A stretch of DNA of 45,791 nt, taken from contig JBIIPZ010000028.1 of NCBI GenBank assembly GCA_044342325.1, positions 1-45,791 of the forward strand, read 5' to 3'. Positions within the stretch are counted from its first letter, which is position 1. Every line of letters starts with the position of its first letter. Below the pieces are notes generated by a model. That model saw only the letters and a list, made by a program, of their open reading frames with translations, was not told the origin of the DNA and searched no databases. A program made the position numbers and the translations under genes. The DNA comes from Terrimicrobiaceae bacterium. GTDB taxonomy: Bacteria; Verrucomicrobiota; Verrucomicrobiia; Chthoniobacterales; Terrimicrobiaceae. Of this stretch, positions 37,812 through 45,791 are shown one piece after another.

Positions 37812-38279
37812 ATGACGATTTATTTCCTGCGCCACGCCGAAGCCGAAGATTTGGCCGAGTCCGACTTCGACCGCAAACTCACGCCCAAGGGGCTCCAGCA
37901 GGCGGCGAAGGTTGGTAAATTTTGCGCCAGTCATGGGCTCGAGCCAGCTGTTATTCTGAGCAGTCCTGTGACCCGCGCCAGGCAGACAGCGGAGATCGTC
38001 GCTGAAACGCTCGGGCGCGAAGTCGCCATCGAAAGCTGGCTCGCCTGTGGGATGGAAACCTCCACCTTGCTCGCACGCCTCGCGCCACACGCTGCCAGCG
38101 ACTCCGTCTTGCTCGTCGGTCACGAACCCGATTTCAGCACAACCATCGGCGAGCTTTTGGGAACTCCCGAGCCCGCAGCCGTGCTGGTCAAAAAAGCCTC
38201 CCTCACCGCCATCGATGCCCCATGGCTCGAGCCCGGCGCTGGCCAGCTCCAGTTCTCCATCCCCTGCCGTTTGATGTGA
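37812..38279 (+). CDS. sixA: Phosphohistidine phosphatase SixA
   Basis: LRHAEAE, DFDRKLT, SSPVTRARQTA, VGHEP. Confidence 0.92.
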   Translation: MTIYFLRHAEAEDLAESDFDRKLTPKGLQQAAKVGKFCASHGLEPAVILSSPVTRARQTAEIVAETLGREVAIESWLACGMETSTLLARLAPHAASDSVLLVGHEPDFSTTIGELLGTPEPAAVLVKKASLTAIDAPWLEPGAGQLQFSIPCRLM

Positions 38280-38293
38280 ATCAATTCAGTCCC

Positions 38294-39499
38294 ATGAAAG
38301 CCCTGTTCCTCACCAACGAATACCCGCCCCACATCTACGGTGGCGCCGGTGTTCATGTCGAATACCTCAGCCGCGAACTCGCCAAGCTCATGCCCGTGGA
38401 TGTCCGCTGCTTCGGCGACCAAGATACCTCCGCAGGCCAGCTCACTGCCCAAGGCTTCGGCCTCGACGCAGCCGGGTGGACATCTCCAAAACAACTCCAG
38501 TCCGTCTTCGGCGCACTCCAGCGTTGCCTCGATTTCAACACCGCCCGCATCGATGCCAGTGTCGTGCACTGCCACACCTGGTATGCCCACTTCGGCGGCA
38601 TCCTCGCCAAGCTGAACTACGGCATTCCCCTCGTCATCACCGTCCACTCGCTCGAGCCTCTCCGCCCCTGGAAACGCGAGCAACTCGGCGGCGGCTACGA
38701 TTTCACCTGCTGGCTCGAACGCACCGCCCTCGAAATGGCCGACGCCGTCATCGCCGTCTCCGAAGGCACGCGCCGCGATGTGGAGAAGCTTTTCCAGATC
38801 GACCCCGCCCGCCTCCACATCATCTACAACGGCATCGACCCTGCCGAATACCAAGCCGTCACCACGCACGGCGTGCTCGACCGCTTCGGCATCGACCCCG
38901 CCAAGCCCTACGCCCTCTTCCTTGGCCGCATCACGCGCCAAAAAGGCATCATCCACCTCGTCAACGCCATCAAGCACCTCGACCCCGGCTTTCAGATTGT
39001 CCTCTGCGCCGGCGCGCCCGACACACCTGATATCGCAGCCGAAATGAAAGCCGCCGTCGCCCAAGCCCAAAGCCAACGCGACGGCATCATCTGGATCGAC
39101 GAGATGCTCGATAATAAATCGAAGATCGAACTCTACAGCCACGCCGGCGTCTTCGTTTGCCCCTCGATCTACGAGCCCTTCGGCATCATCAACCTCGAAG
39201 CCATGGCCTGCGGACGCGCCGTCGTGGCCAGCGCCGTCGGCGGTATTCCCGAAGTCGTCGTCCATGGCGAAACCGGCTATCTCATCCCCGTCGAGCAAAT
39301 GACCGAAAGTCCGTTTGAACCGGTCAACCCCGAAAAATTCTCCCACGACCTCGCCGCCCGCATCAACGAAATCATGGCCGACCCAGCCAAACAAAAAGCC
39401 TTCGGCAACGCCGGACGCCAGCGCGCCATCGACACCTTCTCCTGGGCCTCCATCGCCAAACAAACCAAAGCCCTTTACGAAACCCTTGCGCCATCGTGA
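38294..39499 (+). CDS. glgA: GT4 glycogen synthase / maltose-1-phosphate synthase (Corynebacterium-type GlgA/GlgM)
   Basis: EYPPHIYGGAGVHV, HCHTWY, HSLEPLRPWKREQLGGGY, GRITRQKG, YEPFGIINLEAMAC. Confidence 0.93.
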   Translation: MKALFLTNEYPPHIYGGAGVHVEYLSRELAKLMPVDVRCFGDQDTSAGQLTAQGFGLDAAGWTSPKQLQSVFGALQRCLDFNTARIDASVVHCHTWYAHFGGILAKLNYGIPLVITVHSLEPLRPWKREQLGGGYDFTCWLERTALEMADAVIAVSEGTRRDVEKLFQIDPARLHIIYNGIDPAEYQAVTTHGVLDRFGIDPAKPYALFLGRITRQKGIIHLVNAIKHLDPGFQIVLCAGAPDTPDIAAEMKAAVAQAQSQRDGIIWIDEMLDNKSKIELYSHAGVFVCPSIYEPFGIINLEAMACGRAVVASAVGGIPEVVVHGETGYLIPVEQMTESPFEPVNPEKFSHDLAARINEIMADPAKQKAFGNAGRQRAIDTFSWASIAKQTKALYETLAPS

Positions 39500-39501
39500 T
39501 T

Positions 39502-39552
39502 TTGGGAGGGGCATCGTCTCGCATGCCCCAAGCTTCAGCCGCAGAGCGGCGT
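39502..39552. repeat. REP-like GGAG hairpin element, related to 42787-42836 (inverted) and 43015-43066
   Basis: GGAG-GGGCATCGTCTCGCATGCCCC...TCAGCCGCAGAGCGGCGT versus GGAG-GGCCATCGTCCCGCATGGCCC...TCAGCCGCGAAGCGGCGT. Confidence 0.75.
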
Positions 39553-39812
39553 TCGGCGTAACGGGGACAGGACGCCGTGGTAGGAAAGTAGTTCAATCTT
39601 GGGTCAAGCCAACCGAAGTCGTGGGCGCAGCGGAGGAAGCACATCGCAGATGGCTCGGAGGGAGCAGCAAGCAGGCGCGGGGCGTGATAACAAAAAGTCA
39701 GCCGTTTGAGTTTTTAACCCATAAAAGCCAGCCGTATGGCCACTCAGGGTCTTCATTTGTGACAAAATTGTCACTGAAAAGGGAAAAGGGGTCAGCAACG
39801 AATGGCGCTAAG

Positions 39813-40154
39813 TTAAGACCCGTTTGGGATGATTTTGCGGCTTGATTTTTTACGGGTTCCGGGAGCGGATTTGAGAAGGACTTCTTGGCTAATGGAACGC
39901 ATTTCGTTGAGGATGGATTCGGCCCTCCTGTTGGCGGCGATTGCCTCTTTGAATAGGTCGGCTTGCTCCGCAGAGAGCGACAAGGTCACGGTTTTCGCTT
40001 TGACCTTTGTTGTCCACCTCCAGTTGCCTGGGTGATTGGGCGTCACGCTTCCATGGGTTATCCAATCCAGAGTGGATAGTTCTTTTCGCAGTTCGAGGAA
40101 GCGGCTTTGCAGCTTTTGCCCGTCTTTTTCTTTCAGAAAATGTTGATTCATCAT
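39813..40154 (-). CDS. IS accessory protein (DUF6788-like)
   Basis: HGSV...WRWTTKVKAKTVT...AIAANRR pattern; its stop lies within the left IR. Confidence 0.7.
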   Translation of the reverse strand: MMNQHFLKEKDGQKLQSRFLELRKELSTLDWITHGSVTPNHPGNWRWTTKVKAKTVTLSLSAEQADLFKEAIAANRRAESILNEMRSISQEVLLKSAPGTRKKSSRKIIPNGS

Positions 40155-40199
40155 ATAATTATATTGACTTTTTGTGAACGTATTTATACGTTCTATTGC
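40153..40199. promoter_or_regulatory. Internal divergent promoter region of the IS
   Basis: TTGACT (40164) - N17 - TACGTT (40187) just before the GTG at 40200; palindromes GAACGTAT-TT-ATACGTTC (40176-40193) and ATATAATTATAT (40153-40164). Confidence 0.55.
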
Positions 40200-41690
40200 G
40201 TGAACAATACAACTCCTTTCTTCAAATGTTTCGGTCCTCTTCTTTTTGGAAGACCTCCAGCTTCAGAGGCAGCAGCGGCTTTTGCCAAGTTCTCGCAAGC
40301 GAGTTCCTTTTCCCATCTCCGCAAGGTTTTTGGCTCCTACATTCCAAATAAACTTCTTTCCCAGAACGTATTTAGAATCAAGGCTCGCCGTCGCATTTTT
40401 TCCTTGGATGTCATTTTCTGGAGTTTTCTTCATCAAATTCAAACGCCCGATGGCTCCTGTCGTGAGGCGGTTCGCTCCCTCTCAGCTTTCCTGACTCGCA
40501 AATCGGCAAGCGCAAAAAGCCCTTCGATCAGCCAAGCCACCAGCGCCTATTGCCAGGCTCGCAATAAACTGCCCCTCCACATGCTGGATCAAATCAACAC
40601 ACATCTCGTTGATCGAATGCAAAAGCATATCCCAGAGGGAAATCTCTGGCATGGGCGGCAAGTCAGACTCGTTGATGGAAGCGGCATTTCCATGCCCGAT
40701 ACGGCACTCAACCAAGCGAAATGGCCTCAAAGCAAATCACAGACTCCTGGGTGCGGGTTCCCATCGATGAATATGGTTGGGATTTTCTGTCTGGTTACAG
40801 GTGCACTTATCAAAGCCGCTTACGGAGATCGTCATATCCACGAAAGCAAACTTTTTCAATCTCTCTGGCCCCATCTAGAAAAAGGCGCGCTCGTCTTGGC
40901 CGACCGAGGATTTTGCTCCTTTGGTTCCTTTGCATCGTTGAAGGCCCATGGAGTGGACTCTCTGATGCGTTTGCCAGAAAAAAAGATCCGTAAGGCCATT
41001 GGCGCGCACCTCCCGAAGGCGGCTCATTTTGATGTGCTTGTGAATTGGAAACGCCCCGCTCAGTGCACTCCAAAAATGACAGAGGAAGAGTTCGCTGCAT
41101 TGCCAGAGAGCCTCGATGTCCGTGTTGTCCGCTACAGCATTGCCCACAAGGGGTTTCGAACCCAAAGCGTGACACTCGTTACAACCCTCACCGATGCTGC
41201 CATCCCCGCCGAGGATCTTGCCGCTCTTTACGGGCAGCGCTGGGGCGTCGAACTCCACTTCCGCGAGATCAAAACCCATCTCAAGATGGATGTCCTGAGA
41301 TGCCGCTCCCCTCACATGATCGAACGCGAACTGCGGATGCACTTTATCGCCTACAACCTCGTCCGAAGCGTGATGCAAAAGTCCGCCCTCACCCACGATG
41401 TGAATCTGCAGCGCGTTTCTTTCAAAGGTTGCCTTGATACCCTGCGCCAATTCGCCCATGCAATGAGCGGTGTGGAAGAGAAACCAAAAACAATCGACGC
41501 CATGATAGATGACATGCTGCTGACCATCGCGCGGGATCTCACTCCGCTTCGCCCAGGAAGAAGTGAACCCCGCGTCAAAAAACGCCGCCCAAAGAATTAC
41601 CGCTTGATGACAAAACCCCGCAAAGAAATGGGCCCCCTCCCACATCGAAAAGTGGGCATCGAAAATCATCCCAAATCCCCACTAACTTAG
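40200..41690 (+). CDS. IS4-family DDE transposase
   Basis: SAYCQARNKL, LVDGS, LADRGF, LYGQRWGVELHFREIK (YREK motif), EPRVKKRRPK; GTG start inferred. Confidence 0.95.
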   Translation: MNNTTPFFKCFGPLLFGRPPASEAAAAFAKFSQASSFSHLRKVFGSYIPNKLLSQNVFRIKARRRIFSLDVIFWSFLHQIQTPDGSCREAVRSLSAFLTRKSASAKSPSISQATSAYCQARNKLPLHMLDQINTHLVDRMQKHIPEGNLWHGRQVRLVDGSGISMPDTALNQAKWPQSKSQTPGCGFPSMNMVGIFCLVTGALIKAAYGDRHIHESKLFQSLWPHLEKGALVLADRGFCSFGSFASLKAHGVDSLMRLPEKKIRKAIGAHLPKAAHFDVLVNWKRPAQCTPKMTEEEFAALPESLDVRVVRYSIAHKGFRTQSVTLVTTLTDAAIPAEDLAALYGQRWGVELHFREIKTHLKMDVLRCRSPHMIERELRMHFIAYNLVRSVMQKSALTHDVNLQRVSFKGCLDTLRQFAHAMSGVEEKPKTIDAMIDDMLLTIARDLTPLRPGRSEPRVKKRRPKNYRLMTKPRKEMGPLPHRKVGIENHPKSPLT

Positions 41691-41698
41691 CGCCATTC

Positions 41699-41928
41699 AA
41701 TGTCGGCCCCAACTCCTCCAGAGCCAATCGCAATCTTTCTTCGGGAGGTTTCGCCAGCAAGCCCGAGTCATGCGTCGGCATCTCGCTGGCCTCAATTCCC
41801 ATGATGCGCTGAAGGGCAAACAACTTGAGGACATCAGAAAATCCATATTTGAACAACACCCGCAGGATTTCGGTATAGCGAGGGATCTGTGCGGAAAACT
41901 CCAGTGCTGAGTGGATATGGGAAATCAT
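41699..41928 (-). pseudogene. Truncated ABC1/UbiB-family kinase (N-terminal ~76 codons)
   Basis: RYTEILRVLFKYGF...ERLRLALEELGPT is cut at the IS end, just before the expected FIKxGQ motif. Confidence 0.85.
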
Positions 41929-42144
41929 CTACATTCGATGAATCCGTTTTTCACGGATTCAGAGCCCAGCTTCAACCTTCCCGACATTTCCGCCATAGGG
42001 TTAAGGCCCCAGATGCGTCGTGAGAGGTTGAATGATTCGCCTGCCTCTTACAAATAAGGCCAACACCCCATACCAGCTATTCTCGGAGCATGCGTTAATG
42101 GCCGCCTCGAATTCATCGAGAAACAAACACACATAAATACAAAC

Positions 42145-42657
42145 ATGAAAGCATACCTCACCATCACCACCATGGCCGCCGCACTTGCAGTTGCCACACT
42201 CGCACCTCAACGCGCCAGCGCTGCGGATCCAATGACCCCTGCGGTAGCCCAGCCCGACATCGTGGCAGCAGCCGCAAGCAAGTCGGAGTTGAGCACGCTT
42301 GTTACTGCGATCAAGGCAGCGGAACTCGTCACTGTCCTCCAAGGGCAGGGGCCGTTCACCGTCTTCGCTCCGACCAACGCGGCGTTCAAAAAACTCCCTG
42401 CGGGCCAACTCGAAGACCTGCTCAAACCTGAGAATCGCATGAAATTAGCAGCTATCCTCAAAGGGCATGTCATTAAAGGCCGAGTCAAAGCAGCTGACGT
42501 CAAAGCCGGCGAAGTGAAAACACTCGACGGTAAGGAAGTCAAAATCGCCGTGCAAAATGGGAAAGTGTCCTATGGCAACGCTGCGGTTGTCGCCACGGAC
42601 ATAAGCACTTCCAACGGCGTCATCCACGAGATCGATACCGTCGTGATCGAAGACTAA
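42145..42657 (+). CDS. Secreted fasciclin (FAS1) domain protein
   Basis: Signal peptide, GPFTVFAPTNAAF, SNGVIHEIDTV. Confidence 0.95.
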   Translation: MKAYLTITTMAAALAVATLAPQRASAADPMTPAVAQPDIVAAAASKSELSTLVTAIKAAELVTVLQGQGPFTVFAPTNAAFKKLPAGQLEDLLKPENRMKLAAILKGHVIKGRVKAADVKAGEVKTLDGKEVKIAVQNGKVSYGNAAVVATDISTSNGVIHEIDTVVIED

Positions 42658-42695
42658 AATCAACCTTCGGTTGACCTAAAAAACAAACCAAAGAG

Positions 42696-42728
42696 AAGCC
42701 ATTTCGCTGCAAGGCGAAATGGCTTTTT
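42696..42728 (+). terminator. Rho-independent terminator of the fasciclin gene
   Basis: AAGCCATTTCGC-TGCAAG-GCGAAATGGCTT followed by a T run. Confidence 0.8.
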
Positions 42729-42786
42729 CGTTTGTCTTGGCGGTGGAAAAGGCCAGGCCTGCTCAGCGCTATTGTATCAAGCAGAG

Positions 42787-43105
42787 ACGCCGCTTCGCGG
42801 CTGAGAAGCGGGCCATGCGGGACGATGGCCCTCCAATAAAACGCCGCGCGTTTCGTAAATCTGGGAGGGTCAGCGTCCTCGCCTGACCCATTTTTTAACC
42901 ACGGGCGGCGAGAAATCGCTTTCAGACACCACTGCCACCAAAACCACTCGATCTGCTCGCTGCAGATGCCACAAATAAAATGATCTTGCTGTCCATGATT
43001 TTGGCAATCCTGTGACGCCGCTTTGCGGCTGAAGCATGGGACGCCAAGGGCCTGGCGTGCCCTACCTTGGGGGCTACGAAGCGCGCTGGCGCGCGGCAGC
43101 GCGAT
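42787..43105. repeat. Cluster of REP-like GGAG/GTAG hairpin elements (42787-42836, 42862-42890, 43015-43066)
   Basis: Similar to copies at 10677-10798, 15396-15445 and 39502-39552. Confidence 0.7.
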
Positions 43106-43156
43106 CGTTTGCCTGGGACGCCGCGCCGCCGGGGACCGACTTGCGCGGCAATGCCG

Positions 43157-43363
43157 TTAGTAATATCCGCGATTTCTCGAATCGTAATACCCTGCCCGAT
43201 AGCCTTGCTGGTAGCGATCGCTATAAGTGTTGCGATTGTAGTGCTTCTGGTTGTAATTTCCGGATTGGCCCGAGTAGTTGGTGTTGGTGATTCGCGCGAG
43301 TTCATCAAAGGCAGCGCATCCGGTGAGCATGGCGATGGCAAGGACTGTTAGAATCAATTTCAT
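43157..43363 (-). CDS. Small lipoprotein with a Tyr/Asn/Arg-rich tail
   Basis: MKLILTVLAIAMLTGC lipobox. Confidence 0.7.
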   Translation of the reverse strand: MKLILTVLAIAMLTGCAAFDELARITNTNYSGQSGNYNQKHYNRNTYSDRYQQGYRAGYYDSRNRGYY

Positions 43364-43489
43364 AATTAACTTTTTACTCTTGCAGCATCACCAAGGGGGT
43401 GATGACCCACTTGGGATCACCAAACCCTTGATCAGCAATTTTTTTGCGCGCGGCTCTAAACGCACGAATTTTTCCCTGCCCCAGAGGGC

Positions 43490-43711
43490 TCAAGTGTCTC
43501 GCCGTGAGACAAACAACAAAACCACGCCCCCGACAATGGCAATGACGCCAAGAATTGGCAGGAGCGGGATGGTGTGTGTGCGTTCAGCCGTGATTTGCAA
43601 CGGCCCAATGTCTACGGCCTTTTCCGTAGTGGTGTAGGTGATGCCCTGGTAGGTCAATGCCAACACACCGAGAATGATCATCAGAATAGATGCGAGGAGG
43701 AGATTCTTCAT
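43490..43711 (-). CDS. Small two-TM membrane protein (DUF3185-like)
   Basis: TM - YQGITYTTTEKAVDIGPLQITAE - PLLPILG - TM. Confidence 0.8.
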   Translation of the reverse strand: MKNLLLASILMIILGVLALTYQGITYTTTEKAVDIGPLQITAERTHTIPLLPILGVIAIVGGVVLLFVSRRDT

Positions 43712-43744
43712 AAGATTTCAGGCGGTCGAAGCAGCAGGCTGATA

Positions 43745-43957
43745 TCAACGGGAACCACAGCGGCATTTCTGCGCAAAGAAATAGCCAGTGACCACGCCCA
43801 AAAGCATTCCCGTAGCGAGTGTCTTGTAGGTATGGTGGTGTAAAAGTTCATCCGCTGCCTTGGACCTCTCGCATGTTTTCACCACAGCGCGGTTGTAAAA
43901 GGATTTCACTTGCTTGGCGGTTTGATCGGCTTGTTCGAGTATGTCTTGTGTTTTCAT
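43745..43957 (-). CDS. ElaB/YqjD/DUF883-like tail-anchored protein
   Basis: Helical N-terminus, ADELLHHHTYKTL (cf. D.YV..NPW), then GMLLGVVTGYFF TM and a basic end. Confidence 0.65.
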   Translation of the reverse strand: MKTQDILEQADQTAKQVKSFYNRAVVKTCERSKAADELLHHHTYKTLATGMLLGVVTGYFFAQKCRCGSR

Positions 43958-44114
43958 GATGTCTGTTTTCCTTTGTGAAGATCGTTCCGGAATTTGGTTT
44001 TGCCCATGAGGCGATGACCCCATGGAAAGGCCGCACTCGGTGGGCCATGTTGAGGACCAAGAAATATGAGGATTTCCCAAATTCTCGCTTCAAAAAAAGA
44101 AAGGAAATATCCCT

Positions 44115-44264
44115 ATGTTAATGACTATAGCGATCCTGTTGATTCTGCTCTACGCTCTGGGCTTGATTACAAGTTACACCATGGGAGGATTAATTCATAT
44201 CCTTCTGGTGGTTGCTCTTGTAGTCGTGCTTGTCCGCATAATCCAAGGAAGGCGAGTGCTGTAG
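44115..44264 (+). CDS. lmo0937-family small membrane protein (49 aa; not in the ORF track)
   Basis: MLMTIAILLILLYALGLITSYTMGGLIHILLVVALVVVLVRIIQGRRVL; AAGGA RBS upstream. Confidence 0.85.
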   Translation: MLMTIAILLILLYALGLITSYTMGGLIHILLVVALVVVLVRIIQGRRVL

Positions 44265-44474
44265 AGTAGGCCCTCAATAAAATTTGAGGGGCGTTCAAAA
44301 TTACCCGACGAAACCTTCACGCAGCCTCGCCTACGGGGCTGCGCGAAGGTGGATAGTAAACGGGAAATGTTTTTTGCCTGATCCTTCGATCAACTCCTCT
44401 CGCGCCGTAAGGCAACGCGAGCGAATGTAACTCGCGCTTTTCATATCAAAAACTTACGACTTTTTAGTTGAGAT

Positions 44475-45790
44475 CACTACTGTCCGGCTATAAGTTAAAC
44501 AGCTCCATTTGATTAGAATTCTGACTACTTGGCTTTTGGGAAGTGGTTTTCATAAGCAATTCATTTAAAGGCATTTTTTCAAACGGGTGAACGCTCAAAA
44601 TCTGTAGAGTATTGCGAAGGCTTCCGGGCAGTTTTAGGCTTTTGTGAAGGATTGCCACCATCAAATAGAGCGATACCGCTATCCAGATTTGCGTCTTCAC
44701 CGCGTTGGCACTCGTTCCGTAGTAGTGCTTGATTTCCAAGTTGCCTTTGATCCATTTGAAAAATAATTCGATTTCCCACCGCTTTTTGTAAAGCTTGGCC
44801 ACAGTCAATGCCGGAATTTGCAAGTTGTTTGTTAAGAATACCAAATGCTTCTGCTTTTCTTCGTCGTAAAAGTGAACCCTCCTTAAATATGTGGGGAAAT
44901 CCCCCCTTGATTTGGGAATCGTGAGTTTCCCGATCTGGTCGCTTCGCAATCCCGTGGCTTTGTCTACGGGGCGGGACTTGTATCTGGTAAAACGCAGATT
45001 GTCCTTGGCCCGAATGACAAAAAACGCACCTGCGTTTGCAATTTGATAAAGCCTTGTCCAGTCGACATATCCCCTGTCCATGATGTATATGGCTCCGGGT
45101 TCGAAAATCAACGCGTCCAAGTAGTTCACATCGCTGAGTTTGGCGTCGGAAATGTAGATGCAAGTGGGAATTGGGCCCCTTAAATCCAATAGCGTGTGAA
45201 GTTTGATCCCGCTTTTTGTTGAGCGAAACTTTGCCCAGGGAAACACCGACATCGTGAGATCGATTGTTGAGGAATCCAGAGCATAAATCGTATTGTCCAA
45301 GTCCAACCCCAAGGTCTCTCCTTGATAAAGCTTTCGGGCTCGGTTGATCAGGTTTTTTGCCAAGTCCTCCCAGAGTCTCCAATCGCGGGTCTCGTTGGCA
45401 TCGGCCAAAGTCGATTTGGCTACTGGTTCCCGAAAGCCCATATGATAAAGCTCTTCGGCCTTCGCATTTAAACACGCCTCGATATCCCGAAGCCCATTGC
45501 GCCAAGTTAATTGAGCAAATGCCATGCAAATCAACTGCTGTCGAACTCCAAAGTGCCTCACCTTGGACTCCGCGTTGTATTTGCTGACCAGGCGAGAGAG
45601 GGTCTCTCGATGCACAAGGTCCAAAATTTGAGCGAGAATATGGCGACCAGAATTCATAGGCGTATAGATTCCGCATTTTAATGCGATCTAAAGCTGTGAT
45701 CTTCAAATGCGTCACACCTATTTTCGGTTGCAATTGCTTCATCTTGAATTTTTAATTTAACCCATTTCTTCTCTCAACCGGACACTAGTG
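44475..45790 (-). mobile_element. IS4-family insertion sequence, ~1.3 kb
   Basis: IRs CACTACTGTCCGG (44475-44487) and CCGGACACTAGTG (45778-45790), 12/13 match; lower GC than the host genes. Confidence 0.92.
44488..45657 (-). CDS. IS4-family transposase (DUF4372 + DDE_Tnp_1)
   Basis: MAFAQLT, STLADAN, ALDSSTIDL, IKLHTLLDL, MDRGY, YKKRWEIELFFKWIK, NAVKTQIW. Confidence 0.96.
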   Translation of the reverse strand: MNSGRHILAQILDLVHRETLSRLVSKYNAESKVRHFGVRQQLICMAFAQLTWRNGLRDIEACLNAKAEELYHMGFREPVAKSTLADANETRDWRLWEDLAKNLINRARKLYQGETLGLDLDNTIYALDSSTIDLTMSVFPWAKFRSTKSGIKLHTLLDLRGPIPTCIYISDAKLSDVNYLDALIFEPGAIYIMDRGYVDWTRLYQIANAGAFFVIRAKDNLRFTRYKSRPVDKATGLRSDQIGKLTIPKSRGDFPTYLRRVHFYDEEKQKHLVFLTNNLQIPALTVAKLYKKRWEIELFFKWIKGNLEIKHYYGTSANAVKTQIWIAVSLYLMVAILHKSLKLPGSLRNTLQILSVHPFEKMPLNELLMKTTSQKPSSQNSNQMELFNL

Positions 45791-45791
45791 A

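Larger units (their letters stand above)
39800..41698 (+). mobile_element. IS4-family insertion sequence, ~1.9 kb, with two divergent ORFs
   Basis: Perfect 16-bp IRs GAATGGCGCTAAGTTA (39800-39815) and TAACTTAGCGCCATTC (41683-41698), extended by a TTTGGGATGATTTT block. No target duplication visible. Confidence 0.92.

Noticed and set aside
38120..39514. 464-aa ORF antisense to glgA
   Set aside because: Shadow ORF caused by strong C-ending codon bias.
39693..39735. Two AAAAGYCAGCCGT direct repeats 30 bp apart
   Set aside because: Only two short copies and no cas genes; not a CRISPR array.
40875..41669. 264-aa ORF antisense to the first IS4 transposase
   Set aside because: Codon-aligned antisense frame with no independent support.
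42922..43351. ORFs of 84-139 aa over the repeat cluster and lipoprotein
   Set aside because: They cross REP-like repeats; the lipobox-bearing 68-aa frame is more plausible.

Overview
Bacterial genomic DNA, GC-rich in most coding regions. A Verrucomicrobiota origin is likely (inference from a VPEP-CTERM/PATR surface protein, a DPxxAxxW repeat protein and overall gene style). The window appears to start inside one insertion sequence and ends 1 nt after another, so it may be a whole contig. Left to right: aroE and pyk; a sulfide-detoxification cluster (rhodanese-DUF2892, persulfide dioxygenase-rhodanese, TauE, type II SQR, ArsR regulator); a secreted AA10 LPMO-CBM2-CBM2-GH18 chitinase fusion; a CCDC90/DUF1640-like gene; a ~1400-aa PATR/PEP-CTERM protein bracketed by inverted REP-like repeats; dsbD; livKHMGF; topB; a Trp-repeat protein; a housekeeping block (CNNM, folD, DUF374, IMPase-like, MATE, YmdB, amidase, parA, AI-2E, GNAT, fabG, sixA, glgA); an IS4 element with a divergent accessory gene that truncates a UbiB/ABC1 gene; a cluster of small stress-type genes sharing a candidate operator; and a second IS4 element whose transposase is overlapped by a 387-codon same-strand ORF. 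Best leads: the LPMO-chitinase fusion, the overlapping frame in the last IS, the two-gene divergent IS4, the CxxxC ArsR and a perfect 38-bp palindrome. No tRNA, rRNA or CRISPR array was seen. All family calls come from motif recognition by eye; no database searches were run.
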